Below are positions 1 to 7,922 of a stretch of 62,952 bases of DNA, in pieces; the first letter of the stretch is position 1; each line of letters opens with the position of its first letter. Below the pieces are notes generated by a model. That model was not told where the DNA came from. It was given only the letters and a program-made list of their open reading frames with translations, and did no database searches. Both the position numbers and the translations under genes were made by a program. Origin of the DNA: a virus. Its lineage: Duplodnaviria > Caudoviricetes. Location: IMG/VR virus record IMGVR_UViG_3300048586_000467, positions 1 through 62,952 of that record, one strand, 5' to 3'.

Positions 1-109
1 GATACGTTCAGTGACATGGAGTTTCAGATTCCATCCTGGTCTGACCTGGACTACGCGATTGTCGTGCAGAACGAGGCGCTGGAGATCGTGGAGAAGGCGC
101 TCGCCGGCG
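1..109. repeat. Terminal direct repeat, left copy (assembly overlap of a circular genome)
   Basis: 1-109 is identical to 62821-62929; the last ~23 nt of the contig diverge. Confidence 0.95.
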
Positions 110-705
110 AGCGCCTTCTAATGACTGACGCTGAGCTACAGATGTGGTTTCGTTACAACCTGAGGAGAGTCTTCAATGGCGCTAGTGCAGACAAACTTTT
201 CTGGCCAGAACGCACTCAAGGCCGCCGAGCAGGTACAACCACTCGTCAGCCTGTTCGTGTACGAACACGCCGTCATTCTCCGCAAAGACGCCAGCAGCGG
301 CGGGTTCGAGGAATATCCGGTCGATCCCACACAGATCGCCAAGGCACTCGCCTCCAAGGCCGTATTCTCGACCGGCCTGCTGTCGCGCAACACTCTGTAT
401 GTCGGCGAGAGCGGCGTTCGGCGCAGGGTCATCGAGTATCGTCCCGCACAAATTACGGGAATATGGCTGGAAGGCGTCGACAATCCGTTGCGCGTCCCGC
501 TGCCGCCGCTCGTCATGGCGCGGTCGACCAACGGCACAAACATCGAGTATCAGATTTTTGCTGTACGCGGCAGGCCCGCATCTGGACGCGTGAAGCTGTA
601 TTACGCGCCGCTGCCGCACGTACGCGGTGGCGTGTGCTGGGGATCAGTGGCGAGGCCTGGCGACGAGAGTTTGAGTGGCGTCACTCTGAAAGAGGATTGG
701 CGTAA
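1..705 (+). CDS. 3' part of the PRTRC protein F-like gene that starts at 62161 and crosses the circular junction
   Basis: 62161-62820 (220 codons, no stop) continues in frame into position 1 (…ADFTD/DTFSDMEFQIPSW…); beyond ~190 the reading is Arg-rich and overlaps the E2 gene. Confidence 0.6.
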   Translation, partial: DTFSDMEFQIPSWSDLDYAIVVQNEALEIVEKALAGERLLMTDAELQMWFRYNLRRVFNGASADKLFWPERTQGRRAGTTTRQPVRVRTRRHSPQRRQQRRVRGISGRSHTDRQGTRLQGRILDRPAVAQHSVCRRERRSAQGHRVSSRTNYGNMAGRRRQSVARPAAAARHGAVDQRHKHRVSDFCCTRQARIWTREAVLRAAAARTRWRVLGISGEAWRREFEWRHSERGLA

Positions 706-871
706 TTTTCTCGGCTCCCGGTTCGGCAACCACAGTGTCGACGAAAAGAGCAAGTCGCGGCGTAAGGACATCCGGCAAAAGTATTACGACCTGATCGGGC
801 AGGCTATCTATCCGCTCGACGACCTGATCCCGGCGAAGTGGACGCTCAGCGATTTAATGAAGGTGGAGTGA
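176..871 (+). CDS. Prokaryotic E2 family D protein (PRTRC protein B-like)
   Basis: VPLPPLV…LYYAPLPHVRGGVCWGS motif with putative catalytic Cys, then WRNFLGSRF; AGGAG RBS; upstream of ThiF. Confidence 0.85.
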   Translation: MALVQTNFSGQNALKAAEQVQPLVSLFVYEHAVILRKDASSGGFEEYPVDPTQIAKALASKAVFSTGLLSRNTLYVGESGVRRRVIEYRPAQITGIWLEGVDNPLRVPLPPLVMARSTNGTNIEYQIFAVRGRPASGRVKLYYAPLPHVRGGVCWGSVARPGDESLSGVTLKEDWRNFLGSRFGNHSVDEKSKSRRKDIRQKYYDLIGQAIYPLDDLIPAKWTLSDLMKVE

Positions 872-1080
872 TGGTCTACACACGCACCGCTGACTATGAG
901 TCCGGAACCGAAGAAGCGCGCGGTCAGTATTGGGCGTGGTGGATCCGGCGGTGGTCGACTGAATACGGTGACTGGGCGTGGGGTGTGACCAATCTGAACA
1001 CTGGCAAAGGGGTAGGCGACTGGACGTGGACGCGCCCCGAAGCGGAACGGGCCATAGCTGATTACGTGGAGCGATCATGA
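871..1080 (+). CDS. Small Trp-rich hypothetical protein
   Basis: TGATG coupling with E2 stop, GGAG RBS, ATGA overlap with ThiF start. Confidence 0.65.
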   Translation: MVYTRTADYESGTEEARGQYWAWWIRRWSTEYGDWAWGVTNLNTGKGVGDWTWTRPEAERAIADYVERS

Positions 1081-2006
1081 GTTATATCTTCAATCCCGAC
1101 ATGCACCCGCAGGAAATTGTGATCATCGGCCTGGGGGGAACGGGCAGCCAGCTTGCCCGGTCAGCCTGCCGCATTGTGTACGACATGCGAACCCGCAATC
1201 TTCAGACTCCGCGCCTGCGCTTTGTCGATCCCGATGTGGTCGAGATGAAGAATGTGGGCCGCCAGATGTTTGCTGCTGCCGACGTGGGTCGCTACAAGGC
1301 CGAAGTGCTGGCAAAGCGCTTCAGCGCCGCGCTGGGGCTTGAAATCGCCTGGTATAACGAGCCGTTTCATGGCATCCGGCATACGCACCAGGCCAGCTAT
1401 GGACGGTCAACCATTCTCATGGGGGCCGTCGATAACCATCTTGCCCGACGGGCGATTGCCGACGCCTCTGGCCTTTGGATTGACTGTGGCAATCACTATG
1501 CATCCGGCCAGGTGGTCATTGGCAACACGAAGCATGACAACGCCCTCAGAGATTCGTTTGGTCACGCGGATTCAACGGGGGAAGTCGCGCATCTTCCGAA
1601 CGCGAAGCTGGTCTTTCCGCAACTCCTGGAGCCGGACACCATACCGACGCCCGATCTATCGTGTGCTGACCTCGTGCAAATGGGGGAGCAACAACTGCTC
1701 ATCAACGACCTGGTCGCCGACGTCGCCGCGCAGTATCTGTTCAAAGTGCTGCATCGCCAGCCGATTCGCAGTTTCATCACCTACATCGATGCTGAAGTGT
1801 TGTCGATGCGTAGCATCCCGATCACTCGCGCTGACGTGGAGGCCTATGTCGGCCCCATTCCGGAGCCATATCGTTATCACACCAGCGACGGTCTTGTGAC
1901 CGGGCCAGACGATGACGAGGACTACCCGGAAGAGGATGACGATTACGAAGATTTCGACGACGAGCCAACCGGTTATGAGATCGTCGGAGATCTGCAATGG
2001 AACTGA
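1077..2006 (+). CDS. ThiF/E1-like adenylyltransferase (PRTRC ThiF family)
   Basis: IIGLGGTGS, DPDVVEMKNVGRQ, GAVDN, WIDCGN, LSCA putative catalytic Cys; acidic C-terminal tail. Confidence 0.92.
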   Translation: MSYIFNPDMHPQEIVIIGLGGTGSQLARSACRIVYDMRTRNLQTPRLRFVDPDVVEMKNVGRQMFAAADVGRYKAEVLAKRFSAALGLEIAWYNEPFHGIRHTHQASYGRSTILMGAVDNHLARRAIADASGLWIDCGNHYASGQVVIGNTKHDNALRDSFGHADSTGEVAHLPNAKLVFPQLLEPDTIPTPDLSCADLVQMGEQQLLINDLVADVAAQYLFKVLHRQPIRSFITYIDAEVLSMRSIPITRADVEAYVGPIPEPYRYHTSDGLVTGPDDDEDYPEEDDDYEDFDDEPTGYEIVGDLQWN

Positions 2007-2617
2007 CCGTCATTCGCGCCACCACGCCCAGTCAGCTTCTGGCCGTCCGCGAACACTGCGAACAGCAGCATTACCTGCACCGGTATCCTGATCCACGCAG
2101 CCTGCCGTTCGGTTACATCCTTCAGGTCGCCGGTGAGCAGTATGCCGCTGATGGACGCCTACACGGGCTGGTCGTGATGAAAAAGCCCCAGCATCACCAG
2201 CAGCGCGGCCTCTTCGGGTATCCCGGTATGCCGACGAGCTGGCAGGTGCTTGACCTAGCCCGGGTCTGGATTCATCCAGCGCTGCAGCAGCACAGCGGCG
2301 GCCACGCGCTTTGCATTTTCAGCCAGTTTGTGAGTCGGGTCCTACGCCGGGTGCAATGGGACTGGCTTGACCACCATCCACCGCGCTACCCGGACCAGCC
2401 ATACCATATCGAGGTCGTCATTAGCTACTGCGATCTGGAGCACCATGACGGCACCGCCTACCGCGCGAGCGGCTTCCGCTGGAACGGCTTCAGCGAGGAT
2501 CGCACCAAAGAGGTGTATTACCGCCGCCTTCGAAAACCGTTGAAATCGTGGCTGCCGACTCGACCTGCGCAGCTCCCGCTTTTTGGCAACCTGGGCTTAC
2601 CCTTGAGGCATGACTGA
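1997..2617 (+). CDS. Mom-like (GNAT-fold) DNA modification protein
   Basis: HYLH…DLARVW…ISYCD…HDGTAYRASGF pattern of Mom/XF1762-like proteins. Confidence 0.7.
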   Translation: MELTVIRATTPSQLLAVREHCEQQHYLHRYPDPRSLPFGYILQVAGEQYAADGRLHGLVVMKKPQHHQQRGLFGYPGMPTSWQVLDLARVWIHPALQQHSGGHALCIFSQFVSRVLRRVQWDWLDHHPPRYPDQPYHIEVVISYCDLEHHDGTAYRASGFRWNGFSEDRTKEVYYRRLRKPLKSWLPTRPAQLPLFGNLGLPLRHD

Positions 2618-3468
2618 TGGCGAAGAAAACCCCTCCACCGGTGACTGACGAACAGCGTGTGAAGGCGTTTCTGAAGCACCTGAACGAGAATGCATTTTCG
2701 AAGTCGCCGGGTGAGAAATTCCGCGACTGGTGTGAACTGGCGTACTGCGCCTGGGCCAAGCCGACGGCGCCGACACAGGAACGCGCGGATGAGCTGGAAG
2801 CCCGCTATATGAGCATTGTCGAGCGCTACCGCCGCACTGACGAGGAACTGGAATTTATTCGGCACTCGTCGACGCATATGGCAGCTCTGGCACAACTGGC
2901 GGTGCAGGGTGGGGGAGTCGACTTCCTGGGCGACGTGGCAGGTCAACTGGAAATACTCAACCCCAATCAGGGGCAGTTCTTCACGCCTTATGAAGTGTCA
3001 AGGTTTATGGCAGAAATCAACCTGGACGGCCTGGAAGCGATTATTGAGCGCGATGGCTATGTCACCATCTGCGAACCGGCTGCCGGGGCAGGGAGCATGA
3101 TTCTGGCCTGCGCAGATGTGTTTGAGAAGAAGGGCTTGGGACCGGAAACGATGCTGGTCCAGGCGACCGACGTGAGCGCACTGGCCTTCTATATGTGCTT
3201 CCTGCAACTGAACTGGCGTGGCATTCCAGCAGCCGTCATTCGCGGTAATACGCTCAGCCTGGAGGTGTTTGAGAGCGCGTGGACGGTAGCAGCGCTGACC
3301 ACGTTTCTGCCGCATCACGGGCATCTGTCGTTCAGCAAGCCGAACCGCGAACCGCTCTTAGAGACCAACAGCGCGCCCGTTGAGGTGGAAACTGTGGTTG
3401 AGAGGGCAATCGGTTCCGAGCCTGTGGTCGAGCACGAGGCGAAGCTCGTGCAACTCTCGTTCTTCTAA
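2617..3468 (+). CDS. N6-adenine DNA methylase-like protein (no NPPY/F motif seen)
   Basis: GQFFTPYEVS (motif X), EPAAGAGSM (motif I), GNTL. Confidence 0.8.
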   Translation: MAKKTPPPVTDEQRVKAFLKHLNENAFSKSPGEKFRDWCELAYCAWAKPTAPTQERADELEARYMSIVERYRRTDEELEFIRHSSTHMAALAQLAVQGGGVDFLGDVAGQLEILNPNQGQFFTPYEVSRFMAEINLDGLEAIIERDGYVTICEPAAGAGSMILACADVFEKKGLGPETMLVQATDVSALAFYMCFLQLNWRGIPAAVIRGNTLSLEVFESAWTVAALTTFLPHHGHLSFSKPNREPLLETNSAPVEVETVVERAIGSEPVVEHEAKLVQLSFF

Positions 3469-3471
3469 TAT

Positions 3472-3506
3472 TTAGGGTTTAAAACTATACATTTATATAA
3501 CCCTAA
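3472..3506. promoter_or_regulatory. TTAGGG-N23-CCCTAA inverted-repeat site A
   Basis: TTAGGGT ttaaaactatacatttatata ACCCTAA; one of four copies with identical spacing. Confidence 0.75.
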
Positions 3507-3518
3507 AAAGGAGCCGCC

Positions 3519-4364
3519 TTGGAGAAGTTATCAGTTTGGGAACGACTGGAAGCAGGAGCGCATCTGGTCGTGAACGTGAGTGGGGGAAAAGACAGCGACT
3601 GTATGGCGCTGATGCTGAGTCAACTGCGTCAACGTTGTGCGTGGCCCGGACGCTTTATTTTGCTGCATCAGGATGTCGGACGTATGGAGTGGCCTCAGTC
3701 TGAGCCGCACTGTCAAGCGCTCGCTGATCGCGTTAACGCGGAATACTTTGTTGTCCGGCGGGAGCAGGGGGACTTGCTTGAACGTATTTGGCAGCGGGCC
3801 TTGACGCTGCAAGGGACTGGCAAACCACCTTGGCCCTCAAGTGAGACACGTTACTGCACCTCGGAGCTCAAAACAGGTATCGCGAACCGATGGACACGTA
3901 ACGCCTTCCCTGATAACGCGATAGTCATTCATGCCTTGGGTATCCGTGCCGACGAGAGTGCCAGCCGTGCCAAAAAGGCGGAATGGAGTGATCGCCCCAC
4001 TGCCAGTGCTGCGACCAAGAGTCGACACGTCTACACCTGGTTACCGATTCATTCATATGGCCTTTCAGATGTTTGGGCGACGCTTAAGCGCCACCATTGG
4101 GAGCCTCACCCCGCCTATGCTCTAGGCAATGAACGTGTTTCCTGCGCTTTATGTGTCCTTGCCAGTCAAAATGATCTGGCAGTTGGGGCGGCTCAAAACC
4201 CGGAAATTTACAACGAACTGGTTGAGATTGAGATTTACTGTGGCTTTGCTTTCCAGCAGGGACGCTGGCTTGGGGATCTGCGTCCAGACCTACTGACTCC
4301 CGAACGCCTTGCGCGTTTTCGCGCTATGCGTCAGGCACAAACCAATCAGCCACCGTTGCTTTGA
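3519..4364 (+). CDS. PAPS reductase/DndC-like PP-loop protein
   Basis: VSGGKDS, RYCTSELK, GIRADES, RVSCALC; TTG start with AGGAG RBS. Confidence 0.85.
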   Translation: MEKLSVWERLEAGAHLVVNVSGGKDSDCMALMLSQLRQRCAWPGRFILLHQDVGRMEWPQSEPHCQALADRVNAEYFVVRREQGDLLERIWQRALTLQGTGKPPWPSSETRYCTSELKTGIANRWTRNAFPDNAIVIHALGIRADESASRAKKAEWSDRPTASAATKSRHVYTWLPIHSYGLSDVWATLKRHHWEPHPAYALGNERVSCALCVLASQNDLAVGAAQNPEIYNELVEIEIYCGFAFQQGRWLGDLRPDLLTPERLARFRAMRQAQTNQPPLL

Positions 4365-4373
4365 GGTGAGTCG

Positions 4374-4793
4374 ATGCCATCCCAACTTGAACTGTTTACC
4401 TATAGCGAAGCACTCGACCTGACCGAAGCGCATTTTTTGGCGCTCGATACGCTCTACCATCGGTTGCAATCCACCGACGTGAAGTTTTGGAACACGGACT
4501 CTCTCAACGCCGCGGCCCACGCTGATGCGATGAAACGGGGGATGTCAGAGTGGTATCCGCTGGATCGGATCCCTGCATTGCAGGATCGGTCTGTGTACGA
4601 AAGTCTCACCGGTCATGGCTGGGTTGAAGTGGGAGAACACAAATTCTGGAACCAGGAAAAGGCGCTCTGCGCACGAATCACCAATACTGGTGTCGAGGCC
4701 TGGCACCGGCATTCTGACGCCTGCTTCGAAGCAGGCATGAGGGCAATAGCAAGGGAAACACCTGCTCGACGACGTAGATCGACCGCATCTTGA
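4374..4793 (+). CDS. Hypothetical protein
   Basis: GAGGTG RBS, co-oriented in operon; N-terminal QLELF. Confidence 0.7.
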   Translation: MPSQLELFTYSEALDLTEAHFLALDTLYHRLQSTDVKFWNTDSLNAAAHADAMKRGMSEWYPLDRIPALQDRSVYESLTGHGWVEVGEHKFWNQEKALCARITNTGVEAWHRHSDACFEAGMRAIARETPARRRRSTAS

Positions 4794-4993
4794 ATAGTGA
4801 GGAACGATTCATGCCACGCTGGATTGATCGACTCGCCAATGTCATGCTGATTCTGCTGGGCCTGAGTGTGGTGGTCCGCGCTCTGTCTCTGGAAGCTGCC
4901 CTCGTACTGCTCGGGTCCGCGGTGCTGCTCGCCGGGATCGTATTCGCGGCATCTATCGTCCGCATCATCGGTCGCATGAAGGAACAAGGCTAA
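4790..4993 (+). CDS. Small two-TM membrane protein
   Basis: Two hydrophobic segments; coupled to neighbours (start may be 4811). Confidence 0.65.
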   Translation: MNSEERFMPRWIDRLANVMLILLGLSVVVRALSLEAALVLLGSAVLLAGIVFAASIVRIIGRMKEQG

Positions 4994-5457
4994 TGCTACT
5001 GGCAGCTCAGGGAACCCGGCTCGAAGATGGGACGTATGTCTACACGTGCGGCAAGTGCCACGGCAGAAGCACCGGCGAGCAATGCGACTGGTGCTATGGC
5101 GGCGATCTCGACCGCATCGTCGAGGAGATGCAGAAGGGGGCACGTGGTCAGCGTTACTACTCGCTGCTAAAGCGGCACCTGGCGATCACCGGTAAGCAGA
5201 TCGTCGATGAATGGAAACAAATGAAGGCAGAGCAGGGCAGTTTGAAGGTGCCAGATATCGGTTATTTGTCACTCAAGTATCGGCTCAACTTTAAAGCAAC
5301 GTGGGAGTGGTTGGAGGAAAACTTTTTGGTGAAGATAAGCTACGGTGAATTTGAGGATGGACCGCTCAAGGTACGCGATGTGTATGCGGCAGCGCGGGAG
5401 AAATACCCGGAGTTACGGACCAGCGATAAAGGTAGCCAAGCCCGCGAAAAGCGTTGA
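4993..5457 (+). CDS. Zinc-ribbon hypothetical protein
   Basis: CGKC…CDWC; TAATG coupling. Confidence 0.7.
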   Translation: MLLAAQGTRLEDGTYVYTCGKCHGRSTGEQCDWCYGGDLDRIVEEMQKGARGQRYYSLLKRHLAITGKQIVDEWKQMKAEQGSLKVPDIGYLSLKYRLNFKATWEWLEENFLVKISYGEFEDGPLKVRDVYAAAREKYPELRTSDKGSQAREKR

Positions 5458-5507
5458 CCGGGTAACGCGCTTTCCGATAACCTGTTCTGAAAACGCAGGA
5501 GAGGCTT

Positions 5508-5759
5508 ATGGAAACCCCGACTCGACGACCGAGACGCCGCCGCCAGGTGAATGTTCCGACGACACAGCAGGTCTACGACTACATCTCTGACTACCACGAG
5601 GCCGAAGGCTATGCACCGTCCATCCGCGAAATGGCGAGTCACTTCAGCAAGTCGACGTCGGTCATCTCGGCACGTTTGAACGAATTGCAGCGTCAGGGAC
5701 GAATCAGGCACCCGCATGGTCGGTCCCGCGCAATTACGCTGCTGGAGCAGGCCGGTTAA
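5508..5759 (+). CDS. LexA N-terminal DNA-binding-domain-only protein
   Basis: QQVYDYISDY…GYAPSIREMA…LNELQRQGRI…GRSRAI resembles the LexA wHTH; no peptidase domain. Confidence 0.85.
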   Translation: METPTRRPRRRRQVNVPTTQQVYDYISDYHEAEGYAPSIREMASHFSKSTSVISARLNELQRQGRIRHPHGRSRAITLLEQAG

Positions 5760-5761
5760 TC

Positions 5762-5790
5762 AAACCAGCGTCCGTATGGACGCTGGTTTG
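5762..5790. terminator. Bidirectional intrinsic terminator
   Basis: AAACCAGCGTCC-GTAT-GGACGCTGGTTT between convergent genes. Confidence 0.8.
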
Positions 5791-5793
5791 TTG

Positions 5794-6042
5794 TTATTCA
5801 ATCTCGTCCACTTGCTCACGCAGGGCAACGACCTCAGCCTTCACCTCTCGTAGCTCTTCCAGAATTTCACGGTTGGGATTGCGGCTGAGTAGGCCACTGA
5901 GCAGCGCAAAAACAGCACCAGTGATGAGCGCTACGCCAACCTCGTATCGGAGATTGACTGTCGTTGGGTCAACCCCCGAAGTAACGAGGAAGGCAAACGA
6001 GACCACTGACAAGAGGAGGAAGGTGAGCAAATTCCACAACAC
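5794..6042 (-). CDS. Small membrane protein (2 TM + coiled coil), moron-like
   Basis: GGAG RBS, hydrophobic helices, ends at terminator. Confidence 0.65.
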   Translation of the reverse strand: MLWNLLTFLLLSVVSFAFLVTSGVDPTTVNLRYEVGVALITGAVFALLSGLLSRNPNREILEELREVKAEVVALREQVDEIE

Positions 6043-6146
6043 CGCAGTCTCCGATCATGTTACAGACGATAATCTTTATACGTTAGAACAGGTGTAGAGT
6101 TGCGCATCCGCGCTAGAACAAACGTTGCATTGCGCAGGCTGCCTAC

Positions 6147-6181
6147 TTAGGGTATGACCTAAGGAATACTTTTCACCCTAA
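6147..6181. promoter_or_regulatory. TTAGGG-N23-CCCTAA site B
   Basis: Extends to 13-bp arms GCCTACTTAGGGT/ACCCTAAGTAGGC (6141-6187). Confidence 0.75.
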
Positions 6182-6193
6182 GTAGGCCCGCTC

Positions 6194-6976
6194 ATGGCCC
6201 GAAAAACACCCCTCGAAAAAGCACGTGCTGCACTCGGCGCACTTACACCAGACGATCTCGAACGCCTCAAAGACGAAATCAGCGACATGCTCACTCTCTA
6301 CGAGCAGGGTGGGGTGGTGTCTGGCTGGGGGTTTGTCGAATTTAAACTGATCCGTCGGAAGCATTACGATCTGCAGGGCAACCCCATTATCGATCCTGAG
6401 ACGGGCAAGCAGGCGTTTAGCGAGGCAGGGCCTTACGTCTACATCCGTCGCCGCATGGTGGACCGTTTCGGCCGCCAGCGCTGGGCGAATGTGGGCTATT
6501 ATGGCAGGATCCCCGGCGGCCTTACGGACGAGCAGCGGGCAGGATTGCTGAAAGCGCACAATGAGGGCGGTCAAATTGCCGGCGAGCAATACCTCATTGA
6601 CCAAGGCATTGAGGTCTCTGTGCGCCGATGGGAGTCGAACAAAGCACCGGAGGATCTGCCCATTCATCCATTGGGCGCAGAGTCGAAACTTGCTGTGGAT
6701 AGACTTGATGTGCACCCATTGTTTCGTCATTTCTCCCGGGTCGCCCCGCAGGAAGCCGCCGAACTCAGGCAAGCAATTGTCCATTTCTGGAACGATCTCG
6801 ATCGATGGAAGCGAGAGCATTGGCGGAGGCAAGTCTTTGGTCCATCATTGTGGCGAACGACGCTGCCAACGGCCGAAATCAAGCGGCGTCGCTTTTATGA
6901 GAAGCTGAAGTCGCGACCGCGACCACGTATTCGTGTGTCTCGCGCAAGAAAGCGTTCTCAGGGCTCAGACAATTAG
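6194..6976 (+). CDS. Putative DNA-binding protein (GPYxY…YxG, DUF6788/AP2-like)
   Basis: GPYVYIRRR…VGYYGR motif and very basic C-terminus; flanked by sites B and C. Confidence 0.65.
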   Translation: MARKTPLEKARAALGALTPDDLERLKDEISDMLTLYEQGGVVSGWGFVEFKLIRRKHYDLQGNPIIDPETGKQAFSEAGPYVYIRRRMVDRFGRQRWANVGYYGRIPGGLTDEQRAGLLKAHNEGGQIAGEQYLIDQGIEVSVRRWESNKAPEDLPIHPLGAESKLAVDRLDVHPLFRHFSRVAPQEAAELRQAIVHFWNDLDRWKREHWRRQVFGPSLWRTTLPTAEIKRRRFYEKLKSRPRPRIRVSRARKRSQGSDN

Positions 6977-7007
6977 GGATCGTCAAAGTATTACTTTATA
7001 ACCCTAA
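6973..7007. promoter_or_regulatory. TTAGGG-N23-CCCTAA site C
   Basis: Contains the TAG stop of 6194-6976. Confidence 0.75.
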
Positions 7008-7150
7008 ATTGAAGATTTCTCACTCAGCCTCACAAAATTGAGTAAATTGGCCTTATATATAGGAGGCCATGCTAGAGCTTCCACAATTTGATCAGGACCC
7101 AAAACGCGCTTAACGGCGCGTTTTTGATTCCTGGCAGGAGGATCGCCATT

Positions 7151-7333
7151 ATGCTTCACAGATTACCGGGTTTCAAAGATTCGATGGGGGAGGGGCTGGA
7201 AGTTATGATTGCTGTCGTCTCTACGGCAATCGCATTGTTGTGGCTCATGACCGATGAACCCAGCTATGAGCGGATCGGTGTTGTGCTGCAGCTGGTTAAT
7301 CAGTTACTCCAATGTGTCCGACGGGAGAAGTAA
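7151..7333 (+). CDS. Small membrane peptide
   Basis: AGGAGG RBS, one hydrophobic helix; preceded by hairpin plus U-tract at 7101-7126. Confidence 0.5.
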   Translation: MLHRLPGFKDSMGEGLEVMIAVVSTAIALLWLMTDEPSYERIGVVLQLVNQLLQCVRREK

Positions 7334-7335
7334 CC

Positions 7336-7908
7336 ATGCCGGAACAAGAATGTGCGATTTGCGGGCAGTCGATCTACAACAGCATCACGTGTCCCAAATG
7401 CAAACGCGACGTCGACATGCGCGAGGCGTGGGCAATCGGACTACTGAACATCGACCGTCATTGGCGAAACCTACTTCGCATCGACGATCGAAACGGTATG
7501 AAATGCTTTACCGACTATGCAACGGCATCCAGGTTCGATTCGATCAGTGAAGGGTATGTCGAGGTCGCGGCTATGTTCGGAGAGACAGAAGCCGAATACA
7601 ATGCCCGCATGTCGGGAATTGGACCCTCGGAGTTGTGGATTTGGTGGTCGACAAAGGCGGGGCTAACCGCTGGCGAGATTGCAGTCTTACAAGTCAATCT
7701 CACCTACTATAACACAACGGGCAGATCTCCAAGTTCAGATGAAGGTGCCATGATTCTCTCGGTAAGCGAAAAGCGCATTGTCAAACCGGCGGCATATCGC
7801 CGGCGGCTCAGTGACGCGCGGAGAAAGTTTCGCGCATTTCTCGACACTCGTCCTGAGCCGCCCCGTCACATCTATCAGATGCTCGACTACCTCGATAGCC
7901 TAGACTAA
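7336..7908 (+). CDS. Zn-finger plus sigma4/HTH-like regulator (possible late activator or antiterminator)
   Basis: CAIC…CPKC; LTAGEIAVL…AYRRRLSDARRKF. Confidence 0.55.
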   Translation: MPEQECAICGQSIYNSITCPKCKRDVDMREAWAIGLLNIDRHWRNLLRIDDRNGMKCFTDYATASRFDSISEGYVEVAAMFGETEAEYNARMSGIGPSELWIWWSTKAGLTAGEIAVLQVNLTYYNTTGRSPSSDEGAMILSVSEKRIVKPAAYRRRLSDARRKFRAFLDTRPEPPRHIYQMLDYLDSLD

Positions 7909-7922
7909 ACACCTCTTCTTAG

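Noticed and set aside
3472-3506. TTAGGG as telomeric repeat, or site as integron attC or dif
   Set aside because: Not tandem; arm order is opposite to attC, there is no IntI, and length and spacing differ from 28-bp dif
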